This document shows, in pieces, positions 56,072 to 64,000 of a DNA stretch of 64,000 nt. Origin of the DNA: Macrostomum lignano (lineage: Eukaryota); NCBI GenBank assembly GCA_002269645.1, contig NIVC01002128.1:138202-202201 (forward strand). The letters are read 5' to 3'. The notes beneath the pieces were generated by a model. It was given only the letters and a program-made list of their open reading frames with translations, was not told the DNA's origin and searched no databases. Numbering within the stretch: position 1 is the stretch's first letter; every line of letters begins with the position of its first letter. The position numbers were made by a program, and so were the translations under genes.

Positions 56072-57380
56072 GATTGGCCTCTCTGATTGATGGCAAAGCA
56101 AAGTCTGATTACCTAACCGCGCGAGCTGGAAAATTAATATGACTTGTTGGATTTCTGCAAGAGTAAAACTGCTTTCATTCTGGACCCCACTAGCTAATGT
56201 TATTAGCGCGAATTTATTCTCTTCTCTGCCTGTCTGTATGCCTGCAGTGCACAGCCAGCAACTCATTTTCGTTACCAAGAGAAACGGGGTAGAGATTGGG
56301 CTGAATGACTGGAGTTGTGCGCATGGTGGCTGAGCTGCATGAGCTTGAGGAGGGGGTGGTGGCAGCCCGCTCTTCACCCCAGCATTCTTACTGTCTGCCT
56401 ATATGCCATGCAATGAATAAATTGGCTGCTGCAGGCATGAATGTGCGGCCTTCATCTGACTGTACGGTAAATGAAGTTTAGACTTGTTCTGTCCTATTTT
56501 ACTTTATTGCAGTACCGGTATAGGCGATTACTTAAAAAATCTTTTAAAAACGCAAATCACAATCGAAGAAGGTCTATGCAAGATAGTCGTAGATCCGCTT
56601 TGACAAGCTTACCAAACGTCTGGATGATGTCGAATTCCACCGTTGCGGTTGTTCAACCTGTTTTTCAGTACAATTTTTTTACTTTATGCGATATAGGAAG
56701 CTTCAATGGAAAGAGAAACGGCGCCCAAACCAGCAATTTTAAGCTTGGAAATTTCCCAACTTTTTGTACAGGCGCCCCTAGAATTGGCTGGCGCAATGCA
56801 GTACAAAACGGCTGACCAAATTCTGACTGACAATTGTCAAAATCCTCATTCCGACAAAGCCCCAGGCTGCATCCCAGCAGGACTCCCACTTTTCTCTTAC
56901 AGCTTTCCATATTTCTACATTTGCTTCTGTAAGTTGGACAAGAATGCAAAAAACATTTGCGCCAATGCCCGGGTGACGGGCCCGACAGCCCCCACGCAGC
57001 TTCCTTCATCACTAGCCTCTCTCTCGTCTTCCTTCCAACGGTGCAGTGTCTCTCTGCCCCAACGGTTTCGCTTCTGTCTCTCAGTCAGTTTTGGCCACTC
57101 CGGCCATACATGCTACAAAGATTTGCATGCAGCAGCGCTGAAAAAAGGACATTTGGTTAAGAACAGCGGCCGGAGCTTAGCGAAAAAAACAGATCCTGTC
57201 CGGCGAGGGGTTGGGAGGCAAAATGGCTAGAAATTAAAGCGACTGGCGCACTTCGCTTTCCGCAAGTCAAGTCGCCACGGCTTCGGCTCCCACCCCCGCT
57301 GCGCATCAATGCAGACACCGCAGTCTGTCCTGCAGGATCGAAGCACAGGGGAAAATTTAGCAGCTGGACTCGCCTGAACG

Positions 57381-57734
57381 ATGGAGCCCCAGAAGCGACG
57401 CGAGTTTCGAGCTATTATTGTCCAAGACAGCGAGGATGACGAAGACACCGGATCGACTTTCTCCGACGCGTCCGACATCAGCTGGGAGGAGACCGCGGCG
57501 GATGCCAATCTGGTGGAAGTCAATTTGGACTCGCTGCTTCCGCTGAACACCGCGACGATGCTTGAGGAGGCCACTGTGTTGGAGGAGGGCGCGGCCGAGT
57601 TTCTGCATTCGGCTCCTGCGCTGGAGGTGGCGGACGTGGAGTTCGAAGAGCTGGAGGACAGCGGATTGCTCGTTGCCGACAGCAATGAGATGCGAGTGAC
57701 GGCGGTGGAGTGCAGGACTTGCTGGCCGCTGCTG
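57381..57734 (+). CDS. Acidic coding exon; either the first exon of the downstream two-TM gene or a separate 131-aa ORF ending at 57776
   Basis: GC3-rich codons and a strongly acidic peptide; phase-0 donor CTG|GTCAGT at 57735 is compatible with acceptor TTTAAAG| at 58246. Confidence 0.55.
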
Positions 57735-58246
57735 GTCAGTACTGTTTTATTGTTTATCCGGTTTACGAGCTGGTAGGAAATCACAGATAGCTAAGGTGGA
57801 AGGACGCTTAAAATACATCTTAAAATGCACTATAGAGACAGGTACCTAGCATTTCTAAAAAAACTTTCATAGGAGCATTATGAGCTATGAATCAGCCTCA
57901 AATAACGCGTTAAGACTTAGTAGGCTCATTTGTAATTCAAAAGTGATTCTTCTTTAATTTTCCGCTTGTTTCTAGTGTATGCGATGTCAAGTTCCAATTA
58001 TTCGGACTTTACATAATTACTAGCTCTCGCCTCTCCTTTCCACAGTAATAGTATCATGCGATATTACATCCTTATTTACGGCCATAAACTTCCTTTTATC
58101 ACCGCTTCCCCTACGCACTAACAAGATCATACGGGTGATGGGAATAAAACGGTCTAAAATTTTATTTAAGGAGGAAGTTCAAGTCGTTAGACGCATTGAA
58201 TCGACTGTACGGGATATGAAATTCCTGCTGAAAACCCAATTTAAAG

Positions 58247-59976
58247 ATGGTCCAGAGTAGCTCCGCCAATGTGCTGCTTCGGCCTCTGCCGGCCACGGTA
58301 GCTCGCAGGAGCCTCGCTGACCTGCCGTCTCTGCCGCCGCCACAAAAGCCGCCGAACCCGCCGCAACTGCAGCGGCAGCATCACCAGCCTCACAATCAGC
58401 AGCCTCAGCAGCGCAGCCTCCTAGAAATGCTGACTCAACCAAAGGTTGTACCGCACAATCCTGAGATGCACACGGTGCATCTGCCCGAAAGGCCACGTCA
58501 GGAGCCTCCGAGAGTAACGCTGGCAGATCGTCTGGCTTCCGCAGCGGTTGCAGCCACCGGCCTGCAGTTTCAACCGCTCGCGCCACCGCCAATGTCCCGC
58601 TGCGAAAAGGTGCCCTACCTGCATGGCTTTCGTCTGGGTGACACCTATCAGCTGCACTCGAAACTGTGGCTCCTGCCGCAGCTCCTGTGCGGCGCTCTGG
58701 CTCTCACTGGCATCTTACTGACTCTCGTTGGGATTATCATGCTGCAGATTAACAAGTATCTGGTGTCCTTGTAAGTGCAATCCATAAACTATAGTCGTAT
58801 TTTCTTCCATATACTACTCACAGTGCTGGAGATGTTGAGACTCGCTCACAGGGCCATGAAATGAGGCTATAGTTTTTGGTGCACACACGGCTTGGACACC
58901 ATTCACGTTGTACATCAGTCGTATGATTTGATGCTTTTGGTGTTCGATTTGACAATTGTCTGAAACGAATTGAAATAATTTTAGATGTAGCACCCCAGGG
59001 GAGAGTTTTAATTGCAGAACTGATGAGGAAAGTATTACCAGGTGAGTCCGATAGTCTCACATTTAGTGCCGCTTTCTAACATATAAAAGTGACAAACATA
59101 CTCGTAGTTTGAGCTGTTGATTTCAGCGTCACCATGTCGATTGGCGTCGGCACTGCAGGTGGCGGATTGTCCCTAATCCTGATCTGTGCAATTGTCTTCC
59201 TGCACGCCTACTGCGTCATCTATAACGAGGGAGAGCATCACAAGGTTGGGACGTCTGATTTTATTATGAATCCTTTGACAAATTTTATTCATATTGACTA
59301 GCAGTTTATTAAAACAAACGCTGACATTGCTTCTGGCCCATCAATAGTCCTAGTCTGATTGAACTTGACTTGAATAGAGCTGCGCGTCAACTTTCAGTCA
59401 TGTTATATTGTTTAACAGAAAACACCCTGAAAGCTCTTAAACTAGAAGTGCATCTGACCCTCTTAGGAATTGACTGGATTGCTAAATGGTTACAGGGTCA
59501 ATGCAAGTATTCGTCTGCACATACTGGACGCTCGCAAAGAGGCCACTTGGGGATGAAAGACATCAAATTTTCAAATCCCAAGTTGCTTTAACACCGAATA
59601 ATGGTTATTATTTATCGAAAGCATACGCTCATATTTCGTTAAACAACAATTTATTGTCTACGGGACGAAAATAGAGCGAAAAGCGGCACCCAGACAGTCT
59701 TTTGAGAGAGAGAAGGCAGTCAAAGTCCCACGCAGATCTCCTGTAAGAGGGAGCACATTAATTTTTATTTGATTAATTAAACTGGAATATTTTTAGATAC
59801 AAGAAAACGTCAGTCTGCACGTCCCGGCAGCCACCACATATCACGCGAACATGCTGGAACTATCCAATGCTATTCAACCGTCGCAGCATCAACATCAACA
59901 TGACCAGGATCCAGCGCGTGAGCAGCTTCAGGTAAACACACGGGAGAATGGGACAGCCAGCCCAATGTCGCTGTAA
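58247..59976 (+). CDS. Uncharacterised two-transmembrane protein (268 aa from 58247). Exons 58247-58755, 59127-59244, 59797-59976
   Basis: Pro/Gln-rich N-terminus, TM1 LLCGALALTGILLTLVGIIML, short loop, TM2 IGVGTAGGGLSLILICAIVFLHAYCVIY, polar tail. Phases 2 and 0 join in frame (807 nt, stop TAA). Confidence 0.75.
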
Positions 59977-60591
59977 ACGGAAGCAACCTGGTCCGCTGTC
60001 AAAGTCAATACGACAACTTGCAAGAAATAACGGACGACTTGGTCTGAAGAAGAAAATCAAAGAATAAATGACTCTTGCATGCGTCGTACTGAGCACAGCA
60101 TGTCGTTAATCAATGTTTACAATGTGTTGTAAGGTCTGCTAAAAAGCAATCCTTTGATTTAGCAGCTCTTTTTAAAGCTTCGATGTGTCTTTTTCAAGAC
60201 CTGCTAATGGGAGCTGTCTAGCGTCAGGTGTCAGAAAATCATGTGGGAGCTTAAACTAATTTAAGCTTTAACAATTTTGGTTAAACATCACGTGCTGATG
60301 TTGACCAGCCCGTGTGCTTTCATTCGATGCGTAAGAAATCAAAATGTTTTTTAAAGGCAGAATTGTCAGAAATACTGAGAATCGTATATTATTGGTATGA
60401 TTACAAATCCTAACCTATTTTATTTTTGCTGACTATGAGACTTTTCATACAGTCATTTCTGATTCAAGCATCAGAACTATTTTGCGAAGTATAACATTTC
60501 AGCTAGCTGCTCAACTCAAAGATAGAGAGAGTTCAATATGAAACTGACTTTAGGGGAGCTGAAACAGCAACAGAATCAGCAGGATACGCTG

Positions 60592-60795
60592 TCAGTAGGG
60601 CTCATGAGCAGCGTCAAAGAATGCGCTTTTGAACGAGTCCGGATAGCGGGTGTCAGCCAGCAGGCAGTCGTTAAAGCACCGAGTGCGTGCCTGTCCTCGC
60701 CGGTAGGATGTTAGCGGCAGCACCTCCTGCACTGCCTGCACTGCCTGCGGGTTATCAAAAACACTTGTAGAATTCATGTAGCAGTGGTCATATTG
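60592..60795 (-). CDS. Possible terminal coding exon of an unidentified minus-strand gene
   Basis: Coding-like codon usage (QYDHCYMNSTSVFDNPQAVQ...FFDAAHEPY*) and a TACTAAC about 45 nt upstream of a weak AG; no partner exon established. Confidence 0.3.
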   Translation of the reverse strand, partial: QYDHCYMNSTSVFDNPQAVQAVQEVLPLTSYRRGQARTRCFNDCLLADTRYPDSFKSAFFDAAHEPY

Positions 60796-63051
60796 CTTTT
60801 TGGTTAAGGAACCGCATCGTGAAAACATCATAGGATACGTTAGTATTTGATTATGCTCTTTACTCGTAAGTGGACAATATGATTGATGTATGCTGGAAAT
60901 TTGAAATCTGTTTTTTTTTTCTTTTTTCATATTTTGGTAAAGATAATATTACCGTGACAACTTTCTCTTGCATCAGGTTCCGATCTCCAGCTAAGTTGCT
61001 TTCTTGCCCAGTGCCCATTGGTAAAATTGTCAAATGCAATCTGTGGTATATACATAATTACAATATTTATTATATTTCACAGAGATTGGTGCAGAAATGT
61101 TAATATTCATACTGTTATCACCACGCATCATGTTTTCTCAGCACCCCCACATGCCACTCCCCCCCACACTGCGCTTAAAAATACAACTATACGTTCAACT
61201 ATTATACTACTCGAGTGCTATGCAAAGCAACATTTTGTTAAAAAGAGCAACAGTTGACAACGAACCAGTTTTGCTATTCTATCAAAGCATATTTTTCTAA
61301 ACTGTCGCAGTTTATCCAGTTTTTTCTGGTTACAAAACGGGAATTCTCAATTTATCCGCAACCTACAGAGGGCAGCGGAGGCGATGCTGGGGAAGAGAAG
61401 GCGAAGTCTGCCTGGCTGGCTGGATAAATTTCAGTCTCTGGACATCGCCGTATCGCCTGGCTTGCACAGCAGAGTACAGCTGGTATATCGGGCCTTTTGA
61501 GACTGCAGCCCGGGTGGCTGGGGGATGCAGATTGAACGGAGCCTGTGCTCCGGACCCTTTCTATCCCTTCATTCTCTTCCCTGTTCTGCTGTGCCTCTAT
61601 CTTCACGCCCAAAATTTGCGGGGTTGACTGCTGCCCTCATCCCTCCTCGTCCGCCTCTTCCTGAAGAACCAATAAAATTGAGCAGAAGACGGCGCAATGA
61701 GGGGCTCAGGAAGTCTAAAAAGAGACTTTCTGTTTGGGGAAAACTAGCGCAAGGGCCGGAGCTATTCGACAGATTCGAAATTCAGCTCCCGGAAAGGTCT
61801 CTGCCTGCCTCGGATCGACTTTATACCATTACGAAAATTGAATTTCAGAGTCAGAATTAACAGAAAGGTGAGTTAAACTTTCTTTCATACTTCTCATTGT
61901 CAGAAAAGCTCTGACTCTAATACAGAAGAACTCTGTATTAGGAGCCAATTATTCCCGTTCAACATCTTTGAGTCATCAGTTGAATTTGCAATCTGCAGCC
62001 ACCGTCTCTGACCGGCCACCGCCACTCTGCTACACAAACGCGTGGCACCCTTCTGGTTTAATTCAAGCTAAGGGAAATATAGGCCGGCTTCCACATGCTG
62101 CGGACTATAGGGGCGATTGAAAAATAGGGAGAGGACAGTCCAGACCAAAGGGAGAACCAATAGTGGCCGACGCTGAGTAACGCGCAACTCCCATCCCTAC
62201 CACTCAAGCGCGATCTTCTGGGAAGCGGCATGGGAGGCTGCGGACGGACCGATGATGTAGCTCGTAGCTGGGGCTAAATGGGATCCCGCAGCCTCCGCCG
62301 CAGCAGGCATTATAGCAGTTTTTTGCAACAGTTCACATTGATAGAGAACTCATACTCAGCTCTGTACAAGAAGTCTGCTACAGCAAGTTTTATCGTTTTG
62401 TATCCAAGATAGATCGGAACTGCAATGGCTCAGATTCCAAATCCATCCACTTGTAAGTTTATTCGTGAAATTCGGGGCTACATAAAAGTAGCCATTGGTT
62501 TTCTTATAGTTCATCTCGGGCAAAATTGCAGGCACTATGTTTTATCTTGCTACGAGTACATCAAGGACCAACAAGCTCCCAACCAACAACATGTCTCAGC
62601 GTGAAATCCTACATATGCTTACAAATTTAGTTTTATACTCGTGGAGTGATTGGAGTGTCATTTTTTATTTCAAAGAAAGCCAAAACAACCAGAGGTACTA
62701 GTTGCAATGCTTCCTATAGTGCAAACTTATTTTGTACAATACACTGCACAAAAAAGACCTACTTTAGCGACTCAGTTTTTTGAAGAGAATAATAATTAAA
62801 AAAACAATACTAGTTATAGTTTCTACTTAACCGAAGTCAAGTGAAACTATCTTTGTAAACATTTACCCAACTCCCAAATCAAAGACTTGTAACACTATTT
62901 ACCCCAAGCCAAATACGAACTACATGCTAAGCTGAGAAAGAACTGCCGAAGTCCAGAAAGGATTAGAATTTTCTAATTTATTAATAAAAACTATGAAATT
63001 AAATATTGGTACAATGAGGCACCCTAATTAGTGCCAGTTCCCTTTACTACC

Positions 63052-63262
63052 AGTGATTCTACATACATGACACGATTCTACATACATGACACGATTCTAC
63101 ATACATGACATGATTCTACATACATGACATGATTCTACATATATGACATGATTCTACATTCATGACGTGATTCTACATACATGACACAAATCTACATGCA
63201 TGACATGATTCTACATACATGACACGATTCTACATACATCACACGATTCTACATACCTGACA
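63052..63262. repeat. 19-bp minisatellite (GATTCTACATACATGACAC) just upstream of synapsin
   Basis: About 11 tandem copies. Confidence 0.93.
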
Positions 63263-63391
63263 TGTTTCTACAAGTTTCTTCACTGTTAATAACTATATCC
63301 ATTGCATTACAATAAGCTATATTACTGTTAGACTGCCGTATTTTGACCTGACCTGACCTGAAAGCTGAACAAATGCTCTCACTTAGTGAAA

Positions 63392-63807
63392 ATGCTGGGC
63401 TACATTCGTCGCCGGTTTTCTTCTGGCGACGTTCAAGGCGAGGGAGAAGAAGGCGAGCAACAGCAGCAGCAGCAGCCGTCGCAGACGCCGCAGCCAACTC
63501 CGCCACCGCCGCCACAGCCGCAGCAGCAGCAGCAGCAGCAGCAAAAGACGTCAGCGACTTCATTCTTCAGCAGGCGAGGTCCGTCGCCCAGCGCGCCAAC
63601 GTCGCCATCAAAGTCGGCGTCATCCAGTGCGCTGACCAATCCGTTTGCTTCCGGTAGCGGAGGCGGCGGCGGCGCAGGGAGCAGCGGCGGCAGCGCTGGA
63701 TTCGCCAGTCAAATCGGCTTGAGTCGGAGCATATTTGGCAAGGCGCACGCCTACAACAAGGACCGATGCAAGACTCTGCTAGTGATTGACGAGCCTCACA
63801 CTGACTG
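63392..63807 (+). CDS. syn: Synapsin, first coding exon (domains A, B and start of C); 3'-partial
   Basis: MLGYIRRRFSSGDVQGE matches invertebrate synapsin domain A with the PKA/CaMKI site RRRFS; Q/P/S/G-rich domain B; KTLLVIDEPHTDW is the start of domain C; donor TG|GTGAGA at 63808. Confidence 0.93.
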
Positions 63808-64000
63808 GTGAGAATGGCCCCTAACCAGGAGTTGAACCTGGGCCACTTGAGAGTGCCAGGAATCCCAATCCACTATTGCTGAGATGTCAAGGCTCACGGG
63901 GGGAAGCTGAGATACCAAGGCTTACAAGGGGAATTGCTGGGGTTATTGCAAGGAGAAGCTAAATGTAATTTATTTTTAAAAATGTATTCCATTCTTTGTT

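Noticed and set aside
61352-61860. GC-rich segment with ORFs on both strands (61352-61612 minus, 61525-61860 plus)
   Set aside because: All frames hit stops between plausible splice sites, so no consistent exon could be built; it may be UTR or a gene remnant.

Overview
This is animal (metazoan) genomic DNA with GT-AG spliced genes, GC-rich exons and AT- or repeat-rich introns. The compact exon structure, poly-Q/S/A tracts and dense minisatellites resemble a free-living flatworm such as Macrostomum, but that is inference only. Genes rebuilt by hand from splice sites and reading-frame phase, in order: the 3' part of a striated-type myosin II heavy chain (+, 13 exons, 166-7453); a 293-aa orphan with a ParB/Srx-like N-terminal domain (+, 14900-18696); a kinase-less protein with two PAK-like PBD/inhibitory-switch modules (+, 20405-21914); a complete 9-exon DIP2 (-, 45684-25756, 1808 aa); a ladybird/Lbx homeobox gene (+, 50707-52627); a calmodulin-like gene (-, 56071-54597); a two-TM orphan (+, about 57381/58247-59976); and the first coding exon of synapsin (+, from 63392). 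Mobile DNA includes a decayed P-element/THAP9-type transposon with intact TIRs and TSD, a five-copy hAT-Charlie (MER58-like) MITE family with expandable purine/pyrimidine cores, a young hAT-type MITE, a 1.1-kb fold-back element and two tRNA-SINE families, one with a MIR-like CORE. About 20 distinct mini/microsatellites are present, many sharing a TGACA core. There are no CRISPR arrays, rRNA or true tRNA genes. Family assignments come from recognising motifs by eye, not from database searches.
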